This document shows positions 1 through 13,980 of a stretch of DNA of 64,000 nt, one piece after another. The notes beneath the pieces are model-generated. The model was given only the letters and a program-made list of their open reading frames with translations, was not told the origin of the DNA and did not search any database. Position numbers and translations under genes: made by a program. Source of the DNA: the human T2T-CHM13v2.0 reference genome, Homo sapiens; assembly GCF_009914755.1 (NCBI RefSeq), contig NC_060931.1; one strand, written 5' to 3'. The first letter of the stretch is position 1. Each line of letters starts with the position of its first letter.

Positions 1-166
1 AAAACCATCAGATCTCATGAGACTTATTCACTATCATGAGAACAGCACAGGAAAAAACCCACCCCCAGTGACTTGATTACTTCCCACTGAGTCCCTCCCA
101 TGATACATGGGGATTATTACAATTCAAGGTGAGATTTGGGTGGGGACATAGAGCCAAACAATATCA
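1..166 (-). mobile_element. ERVL-MaLR LTR (MSTA/THE1-type), partial
   Basis: ...gagatttgggtggggacatagagccaaacaatatca is the reverse complement of the MST/THE1 LTR start (TGATATGGTTTGGCT...CCCCACCCAAATCTCA). Confidence 0.85.
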
Positions 167-558
167 GTTAGTATATTGTAGTTGATGAACCCGTATTTAT
201 ACATTATTATTAGCAAAATCTACAGTTTACATTAAGACTCAGTCTTTGTGTTTTACAGTTATATGAGTTTTTATACCACCATATATATTTCAGGAATTCC
301 AGTTCTCTCCCCTTTAGCATATTAAATAACTGGATAAAAATAAATCAATCAATCAGTCAAATGTATTCGTTCTTTCAGTCACTACATTTATTAATTCATG
401 TATTCTTTAATAGACATTTGGTAAACATAAACTCTAGGTCAAGAATTCACTGTAATTTAATTGCTTCAAGCGTTTTCCCGACTCAGGCTTAATATGCATA
501 TTTTTTAGTCACTCTTTTTCCTTCCTCACTCAAGGATATTGTCTGATTTTACTGGTGA

Positions 559-1012
<454 letters not shown>

Positions 1013-1323
1013 CTACAGCCTTTATAAACTTGTGCAATGTAGCATCTGTATCTGATCATTAAGAAATCTGGAAATTATATCTTCCCTCTTTTTCCTTCCA
1101 TTAGACAGATAAGCATGATTAAGCGATTAAGCAATAAAGCAGTAGCTGCTGTTATGATTATCTTTGGATTCACCTGCACTTCCTTATTTCCTTTCTAACT
1201 TGTTTTTCTGGTGGAGGAACTGTATATTAATTCATGCTGAGGAAGATGAAATTGGTGGTGGCCAACGTTGATAACTGTGGTCCTAACAGAAATGCATGTG
1301 TTCCTAAAAAATAATCCCTGTTT

Positions 1324-1652
<329 letters not shown>

Positions 1653-2460
1653 TCAGTTAAGAAACATCTCCAAAATAGGCAATTATTTAAGCAAACTTTA
1701 AATATTTAATTGTTTCTTCATGTACAGAAATGTAGTCAACAGTCTGGCATCCTGCCTGTAAGTCAGAAATTTGTCATTCTTTCCAAATTAGAAACAATGC
1801 TGAGTTGTCCCTAGGGAACGCCACCGAGAGACAATTTCACATGTTTAATGTGCTTTTATTTATCTTTTAATGTGGGCATCTTTGATGAATCATTAATAGG
1901 AGGAGAAAAAAATCCCTTTCAAAACTAGTTAGTGGCTGACATCACACCTTACCTGGGCATTGATGGAAAAGTCAAATTTTGTTTATGTCTCATTCCAAGT
2001 CTGGCTAATGGATAGTTGGTTCACACTGAACTATAAGAAAAACAATTGATTATGGTAAAATGGGAACAGCATTGGAAAACAAGAATCTGCAGTTCTGATT
2101 ATGGATTTGTGTGCAATTGCCACTCTCCATTACTTTAGGAAAACTCTTCAATATGCAACATAGATCTCAGAATCTACATAAAAAAGATTGTTCTAAAAGT
2201 CTAAAACTACCATGTGTTTGGAATTATACTTACCTACCTACTCTAACATTATTCCAACAGTCTAATTCTCCGTGATATGAATTGTGTTGCCAGGGTAGGC
2301 CATACTGTCTATGTGTGTAAGAGAAAAGCATTCTCTGCCTTTTTATTATTATTATTAATTTCACTTTTCAATAAATAGTTACTGAGTTTTTCTAAGTAAT
2401 AAGTACCATGTTAGATGTTGTGGAATGCAAAGACTATCCTTTTTACAAAAGAAGTCAATC

Positions 2461-2754
2461 AGCCCAGCACGGTGGCTCACACCTGTAATCTCAACACTTT
2501 GGGAGGCTGAGGCAGGTGGATCACCTGAGGTCAGGAGTTCTAGAACAGCCTGGTCAACATGGTGAAACCCCATCTCTACTAAAAATACAAAAATTAGCTG
2601 AGCGTGGTGGCATGCACCTGTAGTCCCAGCTACTCAGGAGGCTGAGGCAGGAGAATCGCTTGAACCGGGAAGCAGAGGTTTTAGTGAGCTGAGATCATGC
2701 CACTGTACCCCAGCCTGGGTGAGAGTGAGACTTCATATCAAAAAAAAAAAAAGA
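2461..2754 (+). mobile_element. AluSx-like SINE
   Basis: Full dimer with A tail; TSD aagaagtcaatc / aagaaatcaatc. Confidence 0.95.
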
Positions 2755-2930
2755 AAGAAATCAATCATAACTTTGGAGAAATCAACATTAGTAATATTAA
2801 TGTTAATTAAGTACATATTATGCTCTCTTGACTATGTTTGGAATTCTTAAATAGGTAAAAGTAAAAAAAACAGAGATTAAAAACTCCTGAAAACCCTAAT
2901 TATGCAAAGAAAATTAAATTTGCTAGCTTT

Positions 2931-4694
2931 ATTTTTATTTTTATTTTACGTTCCTGGGTACATGCGCAGGATGTGCAGGTTTGTTACATAGGTAAACGTG
3001 TGCCATGGTGGTTTGCTGCACCTATTAACCCATCACCTAGGTATTAAGCCCAGCATACATCAGCTGTTTATCCTAATGCACTCCCATCCCCCACCCAACC
3101 CCTGGAGAAGCCCCAGTATGTGTTGCTCTCCTCCCTGTGTCCATGTGTTCTCATCATTCAGCTCCCACTTATAAGTAAGAACATGTGACATTTGGTTTTC
3201 TGTTCCTGCATTAGTTTGCTGAGGATAATGGCTTCCACTCCATCCATGTCCCTGCAAAGGACATGATCTCATTCATTTTCATGGCTGCATAGTATTCCAT
3301 GGTGTCTATGTACCACATTTTCTTTATCCAGTCTATCACTGATGGGCATTTGAGTTGATTCCATGTCTTTGCGATTGTGAATAGTGCTGCAATGAACATG
3401 GTATGCGTGTATTTCTGTAATAGAATGACTTATATTCCTTTGGGTATATACCCAGTAATGGGATTGCTGGATCAAATGGTATTTCTAGTTCTAGATCTTT
3501 GATGAATTACTACACTGTTTTCCACAATGGTTGCTAATTTACATTCCCACCAACAGTGTAAAAGTATTCCTATTTCTCTGCAACCTTGACAGCAACTGTT
3601 GTTTCTTGACTTTTTAAGCATCTCCATTCTGACTGGTGAGAGATGGTATTTCATTGTGGTTTTGACTTGCATTTCTCTAATGATCAGTGATGTTGAGCTT
3701 TCATTCATATGTTTATTGGCCACATGAATGTCTTCTTTTGAGGAGTGTCTGTTCATGCCCTTTGCCCACTTTTTAATAGGGTTGTTTGTTTTTTTCTTGT
3801 TAATTCGTTTAAGTTATTTGTAGATTCTGGATATTAGACTTTTGTCAGATGGATAGATTGCAAAAATTTTCTCCCACTCTTTAGGCTGCCTGTTTTCTCT
3901 GATGATAGTGGGTTTTTTGTTGTTGTTGTTGTTTGTTTGTTTGCTGTGCAGAAGCTCTCTGATTAGATCCCATTTGTCAATTTTTGCTTTTGTTGCAATT
4001 GTTTTTGGCAATTTCATCATGAAATCTTTGCCTGTGCCTGTGTCTTGAATGCTATTGCCTAGATTTTCTTCTAGGATTTTTGTTGTTTTGGGTTTTATAT
4101 ATAAGTCCTTAATCCATATTGAGTTAATTTTTGTATAAGGTGAAAGGAAGGGGTCCAGTTTCAATTTTCTGCATATGGCTGGCCAGTTCTCCCAGTCCTT
4201 TCCCAATTACTTGTTTTTGTCAGGTTCATTGAAGATCAGATGGTTGTAGATTTGTGGTCTTATTTCTGAGTTCTCTATTCTGTTCCATGGGTCTATGTGC
4301 CTGTTTTTATACCAGTACCATACTGTTTTGGTTACTGTAGCCTTGTAGTATACTTTGAAGTCCAGTAGCATGATGACTCCAGCTTTGTTCTTTTAGCTTA
4401 GGATTGTCATTGCTACACAAGCTCTTTTTTGAATCTATATGAATTTTACAATAGTTTCTTCTAATTCTGTGAAGAATGTCCATGGTAGTTTAATGGGAAC
4501 AGCACTGAATTTGTAAATTACTTTGAGCAGTATGGCCATTTTCATGACATTGATTTTTCCTATCCATGAGCATGGAATGTTTTTCCATTTGTTTGTGTCC
4601 TCTCTGAGTTACTTGACCAGTGGTTTGTAGTCCTCCTTGAAGAGGTCCCTCACTTCCCTTGTTAGCTGTATTCCTAGGTATTTTATTCTCTTTG
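2931..4694 (-). mobile_element. 5'-truncated L1PA (3'UTR and C-terminal ORF2 remnants)
   Basis: ORFs at 3211-4206 translate to the L1 ORF2 C-terminus. Perfect 16-bp TSD taaatttgctagcttt at 2915-2930 and 4695-4710. Confidence 0.95.
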
Positions 4695-4844
4695 TAAATT
4701 TGCTAGCTTTGTATGAGATAGTGGACTAAAGGTGATAAAAATTCCTCTCACCTGCCCAAATTTCCATCAGGAATTTGCTTTGTAGACTCAGGGGAAAATA
4801 GTATTTTGTGAAAAATAATTTTATAGTGTCACATGCATTCAGTG

Positions 4845-4846
<2 letters not shown>

Positions 4847-4883
<37 letters not shown>
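4847..4883. repeat. (AC)n microsatellite
   Basis: Direct reading. Confidence 0.95.
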
Positions 4884-4888
<5 letters not shown>

Positions 4889-4918
4889 ACTGCAGAACAT
4901 CCAAACATTGAGTACCTA

Positions 4919-5520
4919 TATAGGGGAAGAAAAATAATTTTCTTCTTCTCAAGCGTTCTGCTGTGACTTCCTGTAACAAAAGACAAATTAACAAGATAAG
5001 AAACAGAAGTTTGATAACATGTATACCTCTTGTGCACATGGGAGATAACCTGGAGAAATAAATAAACTTATAGACTAAATTTCAAACAATTGTCTTAGAC
5101 TTCAGGCTTAAATATCATCATTCTCCAAAACAAAGAAGTACGCAGTGAAAGGTAAGGTAAGTACGCAGTGAAAGGTCAGGTTAAGACCCATGAAAAGTGC
5201 TACTACAAAACAGGAAAGTGTTTGTTATGCAGATTTAAATCTATGCCTTTTCCATTGATTAAGAGTCTCTAGTAATTTAGAGCTAGCCCTCTCTTAGGTT
5301 GTCTTAGGTGTCTTAGGAGACACCTTTACAAGTAAAGATTTCCTTTATAGGTGTAAATTTATCTAGAAAAGGGTAGGTAACTTTTCAAACCTTCTCCTGT
5401 GTCTATAATTTCTTAAAATAACTAGTTCACAATTATCCTTATGCTAAGGAGGCATACTGGAGTGGCATAGTTAGGTTTCCTACAGTCATATTTTGGGGTG
5501 GCATATTCTGAGCCCCATCA
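4919..5520 (-). mobile_element. ERV1 solo LTR, MER34-like
   Basis: Minus strand starts TGATGGGGCTCAGAATATGCCACCCCAAAATATGAC and ends ...TTCCCCTATA. 4-bp TSD ccta at 4915-4918 and 5521-5524. Confidence 0.75.
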
Positions 5521-6319
5521 CCTATATTTGCCATGTGGTATACTTAGTACTTCCCTAAAAATTATCCAATTTTTTCTTCACAACAATCTTGTAAGCTACT
5601 TATTATTATCCCCCTTAATCTATTCTGAGATAACTGAAACCTGTAGAGTTTGAACTTCTGTAAGACAGAGGCTGACATTCAAGCTAGTCAGGTCTCAAAG
5701 ACAAAGATTTTTTTTTCCTATTATAAAAACAGAATAAATAAGTAAATGAAACCTCCAAAGCAAGTTTTCTGTTATCCAAGCTGTTACAGAGATGCAGAAA
5801 GATGATGGATGCCAAAAGAGTGTTCTGACTCAGCAGCAGCCACTTGATTGGAAGAGGGGAAAATTCACTCTCTTTGAAGTAGGATTTCATTTGGGGCTAA
5901 TATAATAGAACGAGTTAGAGAATATTAGAATTCTTAAAGCAATCTCTTACACATAACAGTGAAGGGTCAAATGTGGGCTTTCATGCAAAGAATATGAATT
6001 CAATTCTCACAGCTCTGTGCTGGTATTACCCATAAGGAGCTATGAAGAACAGCAATTGATTTCTTCCCTTTCTTTTCCATAATCAGAGCACATATTCACA
6101 ACCAATGCAACAAGACTACTACCTTGCATTTTCCTAGTACCCATCTCTCAGCTTCAAGAGCATTATGCATTTTTAAAATTATAATTAGTTCTCTCACTCT
6201 TCCTGGGAGTTAACTGCTCCATATCATCCCAAACCCACAAATGAGTTAGCGGAGACAGCCTGGAGTTATATGGCATCTGGATAAATGCTTAGCAATTGGA
6301 ACAGCCTTGAGTATGGTGA

Positions 6320-6500
6320 ATCACGCCTCTGAAGTCAGGCAGATCTGAGCTTTAATCCAGTGAATGAATTTCTAAACATGTTTGTGCCTTATTTTCCATA
6401 TCTTTAAATGAGATAATAATAGAACATACTTCATAGGGTTATTGTGAAGATTAAGTGGGTGAACAAGTGTGAAGTGCTTGGCACATTTCTAGTTTACAAT
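6320..6500 (+). mobile_element. MIR SINE
   Basis: MIR core aatgagataataatagaacatacttcatagggttattgtgaagattaag. Confidence 0.75.
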
Positions 6501-8195
6501 GTAGTTCATGAGGAGTTAATGTGTAATAATTACAATAATAGTAACAATTTGATAGCAAACATTCATATTTCTAAGTGCATTACTCTAGTCAACACTAGCC
6601 ACTTTAAAAAACATACGTGTTTTACGCATTAATGTAAAATTTTTGGTGTGAAAAAGTACATATTCTCTCCTTGTACCCAAAACATTAATTATAAAAAGTA
6701 ATTAAATACTACAGAATTCATACTGAATGACAACAAAAAATGCCCATTGGCATTACCGAATGTTTTAAAAATGACTCTTGTTAAGATAACTGTCATATTC
6801 AATATTCAATTTGTAATTTATTTTCAACCTTTAATGAATCATTGAGAGTGATTAACAAGAAGCTTTCTTTTATGTCATACATTTTTTTTCTGTCAGATAA
6901 GCTTTCAAAACCTCTTCCTCTAGGCAAACTGTAAGAAGGGAAATTTAAATAACTGGCAAATGAATGAATTCATTATATATCAAATCTTGTATCTATAATT
7001 CTTTCTTTATTTTAAAACTTTACTGATACTGAGAATAGGTCATCATTTTTTACTCCTTTCATATATGACACTTCATCTCTAAATATATTTAAAGATTGTG
7101 TAATTATTTCAGAGAGTAAATCGTCTTATTTACCTTCAGGCCTATTTTTTCAGTAAAAGTATCCTGTCATTCAACAAAAAGCCAAGAAATAGTGTGTGCT
7201 AATAATGTGTATATAATGCTATGTGAGAGAGACATTAACTTCTAATTATTCTTAAGTAGTCTGATCTAGGTAACCCTTAATAGCAATTTGTGATTATCAC
7301 TCTATCACAACTTATAGTTTTTACCTCTTTACATGTAATTCTTTCCCATTAAACTGTAAACTAATGAGTGTAAGACCCAGTAAGAAATTGACATTTAGAA
7401 GTTGCTAAATAAGAGATTCTTGAATATATGAATACTTAATAAACAGTTGAATGAATGGATGGTTACATGTGTGGATAGATCGTTGGATGGATGAGGTAGC
7501 ATGGAGACAGTGAAAAGCATGCCCCCCTTTACCATTACCTAGCCATTAGATTTTATACAAAACATGAAATTACTAAATATCAGTTGCCTCTTTTGAAAAA
7601 TAATAGAGATTTCTATCCTTATAATTCAGTCTATGTTTGTATGTTTTGTGGTAGAATTTATACTCCTCCTGTTCACTCTTTCTCTCTTAATAAAGAGGCC
7701 AGAATATGCCCTGGAGATTGTCATTAGCACCTTAGAGGTAAGAAAGATAAGAATATCTGCATAATTTCCTGGCAAGAATAATGAAGCAAGAAATGTGATA
7801 TGTAGTTTAGTCTAACGACCTTGTAAAATATAAGTGTTCAGAAAAAGATGGTATTAAACTTAAATTTTGGTGAAGCTGTCTTAAAATTGTAAAATTTTGA
7901 ATTAAGAATCATCAATATGATACTTAAAGAACGTTTTAGAAATATAGAATGTTTAGATGAAGGTAAACATTCACTCTTGACCATTGAACTACTGTCATAA
8001 AATCACCTACATAATCTGAAAGAATATAAAAATACATTTTTAGCCTCAAATCTATCCTGAATTTTCAGTTGTTCCCCTACACCAGCTCATGAGGCTAAGG
8101 TATTTTTGAGCACTAAGGCAGTGTTGACCAATGTCTAAGAACATTGTCAGTTTTCTAAGGCTGCTGTCATAAGGAAGAAAGAAGAACTATGATTA

Positions 8196-8477
8196 GGCCG
8201 GGGGCGGTGGCTCGCGCCTGTAATCCTAGCACTTTGGGAAGCCGAGGCGGGCGCATCACGAGGTCCGGAGATCAAGACCATCCTGGCTAACACGGTGAAA
8301 TCCCGCCTCTACTAAAAATACAAAAAATTAGCCGGGCGTGGCAGCGGGCTCCTGTAGTGCAAGCTACTGCGGGAGGCTGAGGCAGGAGAATGGCGTGAAA
8401 ACGGGAGGTGGAGCTTACAGTCAGCCGAGATCACGCCACTGCACTCCAGCCTGGGCAACAGAGAGAGACTCCGTCTC

Positions 8478-8518
<41 letters not shown>
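8196..8518 (+). mobile_element. AluY with (TAAA)n tail
   Basis: Y diagnostics (gaatggcgtgaa, ggctaacacgg); TSD aagaactatgatta. Confidence 0.95.
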
Positions 8519-8520
<2 letters not shown>

Positions 8521-8611
8521 GAACTATGATTAAAACAAAGGAATCCCTAGTTTCAATCCAGTCCCTGTGATTATACTAAGAAAGGACATGAAAAATAAAT
8601 AAATAAATACC

Positions 8612-8910
8612 GGCTGGGCGTAGTGGCTCACGCCTATAATGCCAGTGCTTTGGGAGGCCGCGGCAGGTGGATCATCTGAGGTGAGGAGTTTGAGACCAGC
8701 CTAGCTAACATGGTGAAACCCCGTCTCTACTAAAAATACAAAAAAACGTAGCTGGGCGCGGTGGCGCGCGCCTATAATCCCAGCTGCTGGAGGGGCTGAG
8801 ACGGGAGAATCGCTTGAACTCCGGGAGGGGGAGGTCGCGGTGAGCCGAGATCGCGCCATTGCACTCCAGCCTGCACGACAGAGTGAAACTCCATCTCAAA
8901 AAAAGAAAAA
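8612..8910 (+). mobile_element. AluS (Sq/Sp-like)
   Basis: Full dimer with gcggtgagccgagatcgcgccattg and gaaactcc diagnostics. Confidence 0.9.
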
Positions 8911-9909
8911 TAACTTAGTGAGAAAGAGTGGAGAAATAATGGTTTCCCTTGATTCTAAGTCTACTAAATCAAGGGATTTAGCACCATCTCAATGCTGTAT
9001 TCCCGTCTCACTTCTCAATAGTGATTGTATCAGCTGGCAATTTTCCTAGTTCTTTCAACAACTGGGTTTTGACCTTGAAATCAGTCTCCATTCTCATTAC
9101 TGGCTACAGCCTGTCCACTAATTTTTTATATCCTCCATTATTCTAGAATGTAACCAAATTCTTACTTTAACTCTCTTAGGTAGGCAATCCATATACTTGG
9201 TCTAGTTGTGCTGTTAGTTAATGGTATCATTCCCTTCTTTCTTTTTGCCATGTGTTTTACCCTCTTATATTTGGGCTTAAATCATTATGTTACACACGTC
9301 TAAATTAATTGTCCCATTACTTCACCCCATTCTGAAAATATGCGTAAATTATTTCTGCTTACTTTCTTTTCTGGTCAGCTATTTGCCTATGATGTACACT
9401 TATGACCCGATTTCTTTCTATTGAGGGTAGTCGTTTTGGAGAAACAAAGATAAAATCCATTCTTTAGTTTGTTCATTCATTCTTTATACATATTTACTTG
9501 GTATTCTCAAAGTGCCAGTCACTCTTTTATTTGGTATTGGGATAATAGAGCAGAAGTTATAGAATGGTATGAGGCATAAATATATAAACCATGATTATCC
9601 ATTAATTTGCGTAGTGCATATTAAGTAGCACATATTCTGGGCTAGACAACATGTTGTTTAGTATTGTGTAACAAAAATGAATAAAATAGCTTCTTCCCTC
9701 AAAAAATTGGTGGAATAAATAGACATGAAAACAGATAATTTAATGCTATGTGACATATCTGGTAATAGAATTAAAGAGGAAAATATAGAAGCAGGGTTTG
9801 ATAAAATATGATACAGGCAAGGTAAGAAGTTTTTCTGGTATATTGAGAAGGTTGGCTTTAAAGGAATATAGCAAATCACAGCTGTTTACTAACAAAGGAG
9901 CCAGGCATA

Positions 9910-10100
9910 GGTTGTTTGAATTCAAATTCCTTCTCCGCTTGTTAACTTGGAGCCCATGAGTGTGTAATCTCTCTAAGCACTGGTTGATGCATCTATAATG
10001 CAGACTAAAATAGAACCTTACTCATAGGGTTGTTGTGAGGAATGATGAGATAATTCATACACCTTGTGCATAGTTTATACTCAGTAAACATTTGCCACTA
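9910..10100 (+). mobile_element. MIR SINE
   Basis: MIR core aatagaaccttactcatagggttgttgtgagg. Confidence 0.7.
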
Positions 10101-10712
10101 TTATTCTATAATCAAAGAGATTCTATAATCAAAAGAGGATTTTAAGCAGGAGAATTATGTAGCCAAAACTGTTTTAAGTGGAGCATACTACAAATTTTCA
10201 GGAGAATATTTTGAAGAACATGGACATAAACCCATTGGTAATGTGCAGCAGGAACTGATGCTTGTGGAGGAGGCTTTGGCAATGTTGAACATAATGGATA
10301 CATCAGGCTCTATCTATAGTGTGAATGGGGACACCCATGGGAGAGCATATGAAATGGATAAATCATTTGGCTGAAGATAGAATTGCATAGGACACTAAAA
10401 TTTAAGGGATAATATCAGAAAAACAGAGGGCTATGGAGGATATAAAGAAGAATGGCCAGTGATGTGCTTGGTAATAGGCACAATCACAACCTAGAAATGG
10501 GTGGCAAGAAGAAGGATGAGGAAAAACCAAGCTCCAGACCAGGGCTACTTTAGAAATCATGATATGTCAGTTGATAAGTTAGGGATGATGCAAAACTAAA
10601 AGTTATTCTCACAGTGTCATGAATTCCCAGAAAACAATGTGCTCCGTCATATTTCTTTAAGTTAAATACCACCTTGATTAATACGAGATCTGGTTATGCT
10701 ATTAGAGAGAAG

Positions 10713-10981
<269 letters not shown>

Positions 10982-11141
10982 TGAGGTAAGAACATTTTAT
11001 GTCTTTTTTCCCCCCTGGAAAGGTTGTGTTTTGTGTTTAAATGTTATCCAAAGTCATTTTTTCCTAGAACTACTATAAAGCTGGAGGTAAACTTAGAGAT
11101 AATCTGAGAGTAGACTGACATATTTATTTTAGAATTATATT

Positions 11142-11583
11142 CAGTTAACCCTTAAACAACACAGTGGTTAGGAATGTCAGTCAAAAATCCACATATAACT
11201 TTTGCAGTTAAAAATCTGCATATGATTTTTAATTCCCTCAGAAATTTACTAATAGCCTACTGTTGACCAGGAAGAAGTTTACTGTAACATAAACAATCCA
11301 TTAATGCATGTTTTATATATGTTACATGTATTATATACTATATTATTACAATAAAGTAAGCCAGAGAAAAGAAAATGTTATTAAGAAAATAAGGAATAGA
11401 AAATATTGTTACTATTCATTAAGTGGAAGTGGATCATCATAAAGGTCTTCATCTTCATTGTCTTCATGATGAGTAGGCTGGGGAGGAAGAGAAAGAGGAG
11501 GAGTTGGTCTTGCTGTCTCAGGGGTGGCAGAGGTCAAAGAAAATCCACATGTAAGTGGACCCATTCAGTTCAAAGGTCAACTG
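11142..11583 (-). mobile_element. Tigger2a-type non-autonomous TcMar-Tigger DNA transposon, inserted in a MIR
   Basis: TIRs cagttaacccttaaacaac ... gttcaaaggtcaactg followed by TA. The interior aligns by eye with the Tigger2 end at 51276. Confidence 0.85.
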
Positions 11584-11856
11584 TATGTAGGGAAACCAGG
11601 ACCCAGGAAAAATAATGTCTTATTCAAAGTTACTTAACTAGTTAGTGACAGATTTAGAATCCTGGACTAGTACTAGGACAGAATCTATTATTATAGTCTA
11701 CATCTTTGTTCAAGGGTCAACTGTATGTAGGGAAACCAGGACCCAGGAAAAATAATGTCTTATTCAAAGTTACTTAACTAGTTAGTGACAGATTTAGAAT
11801 CCTGGACTAGTATTAGGACAGAATCTATTACAGAATCTATTATAGTCTACATCTTT
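11568..11856. repeat. ~140-bp tandem duplication (2 copies)
   Basis: 11568-11707 is repeated at 11708-11856, nearly identical. Confidence 0.95.
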
Positions 11857-12425
11857 CAAGGATTCTAAGTTATAGGAAATATTAGGTCTTTGGGAAAGCA
11901 ATTCTCAATAAAAGATTACATTTTCCTAAGCATACTCTCTTAAGAAAGTCAAAGTTGTTATTTAATAAATGAAACATTGAAAACAGGCAAACAAAAAATC
12001 CAAAAGGGAAAAGCCTAGGGGTAATCACAGGTGAAAACATTTCAGTTTATTTACTTGAAAGATCATATGGGCATCTATATTATTAGTGTGGATATACTAC
12101 ATATGGCTGCCTAAATTACCTACTCTCCAAATGTGAAGGAAGAGGCTATTGTTCTCATCTGGTTAGATGTTATCCTTGCTGATTGAGGTATGGCGATACT
12201 GGCAATTTAGGAATGTTAAATACCACCGACTGAGAAAAAAAATTTCATGTGGCCAAAGATTATTGCTAACAGCTGTAACAAGGTACACATTCCTGATACC
12301 AAATGGACCTGGCATGTTGGAATGTGTGGGTAAGTCTTGTATACTCTATCTCAAATATTTATTCAGATTAAACAAAAATAAATCTTTCGTCAGACATCAC
12401 TAGCATTATATTGAGTGTATACTAA

Positions 12426-12894
12426 ATATATATGTATATATATGTATATATGTGTGTATATGTAGTATATGTGTGTATATATGTATATATGTGTGTGCAT
12501 ATATATGTATATACATATATGTGTGCATATATATGTATATACATATATGTGTGCATATATATGTATATACATATATGTGTGCATATATATGTATATACAT
12601 ATATGTGTGCATATATATGTATATACATATATGTGTGCATATATATGTATATACATATATGTGTGCATATATATGTATATACATATGTGTGCATATATGT
12701 ATATGCACATATATGTGTGTATACATATATATACGCACATATATGTGCATATATACATATATACGCACATATATGTGTATATACATATATATACGCACAT
12801 ATATATGTGTGTATATACATATATATACGCACACATATATGTGTGTATATACATATATATATACGCACATATATATGTGTGTATATATATATAT
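12426..12894. repeat. Complex (TA/TG/CA) minisatellite with a 28-bp unit
   Basis: Six perfect copies of gtgtgcatatatatgtatatacatatat at 12493-12660, then variant units. Confidence 0.95.
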
Positions 12895-13149
12895 CCTTGG
12901 GAAATGCCAGCCTGACGAAGACACAGCTTTTATCCCTAAACGTAAGATATATGTATATAGTTGGCTTCGTTTCTCTGACAAGGGCAAGATAATGAGATAA
13001 ACTGTTTTAGGATTGTAATTCCCAAATCCTAGTGTGCATAACAATGACCTCAGAATATGTTAATTGTTCAGATTCACAGAATCTTCCTCAGATATTCTAG
13101 TTCAATAATTCTGAGATAGGATCTAGCAATCTATATTTTAAAATGAATT

Positions 13150-13980
13150 GAAAATGAAAAATTTCAAACGTATATAAATGTGAACTAATGGCTATCACCC
13201 AACTTCAATGATAATCAATCTTGCTTGATTTATACCATCATCGCTCACCACACCTCCACCATTGTTACATTATTTTGAAGCAAGTGCCAGATGGTATATC
13301 ATTTTATCTAAAAGTATTTCAAGATATATGGTCATGCTTTAAAATTGATGCTTTGATTATTATCTAACCTAAAAATCAACAGTAAATTTTTAAATACCAG
13401 TTAGTGCTCTTGTTACCTTAGTGGTCTTATAAATGATTTGTAAATTTGAGTTCATTGAAATTAGGATCCCTAAATATCCACACTTTTGGTTGGCATGTCT
13501 TGAAGTTTATTTTGGTATATTTTAATCTATAGGTTTTTCCATCTCTTTTAAAATTGTACATTTTGCAGTTCCTTTTCACATTTGGGATTATGCAAAATTC
13601 TACTCACTGTTATCTTTCAACATTTTCCTTGGTTTCCTTTTCACTGGTTTTTATGGATAGAGATTTGGCCAAATTCAGACATATTTTTTTCATGGCAAGA
13701 ATATATTAGAGGGTATTTTGTGTCCTTCCATAAGGAGGCATATAATGTCTGGTTGTCTCTCTTTTTATAATCTTAAGTTTGATGAGTGAGTTGAGGTACT
13801 ATCAGATTATTGATCCATTTATCATTAAGTTTCCACTGGCTTTTTTCTCACTAATGATTTCGTAGACATCAATGATCATTTGCTCAAATATCTTTATTTG
13901 TATTTATAAAATGATGATTCAAATTCTTTTACCCCTGCTACATATATTAGATAGATTACGTCTGTAAAGAGAAACTTCTT
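13150..13980 (-). mobile_element. Old L1M 3' fragment
   Basis: atttcaaacgtata...tatcacccaacttcaa...attattttgaagcaa resembles the antisense L1MC-type 3' end. Confidence 0.55.

Noticed and set aside
5137-5181. Short tandem duplications (23 bp here, ~17 bp near 10103, 36 bp at 30985)
   Set aside because: They are ordinary slippage duplications with no further structure.
12493-12690. 28-bp palindromic repeats resembling a CRISPR array
   Set aside because: The units are contiguous with no unique spacers, are low-complexity, and lie in eukaryotic DNA with no cas genes.
12390-13044. Six overlapping 148-212 aa ORFs rich in Y/I/H/T/C/V/M
   Set aside because: Alternating purine-pyrimidine repeats cannot contain stop codons, so these are artefacts.
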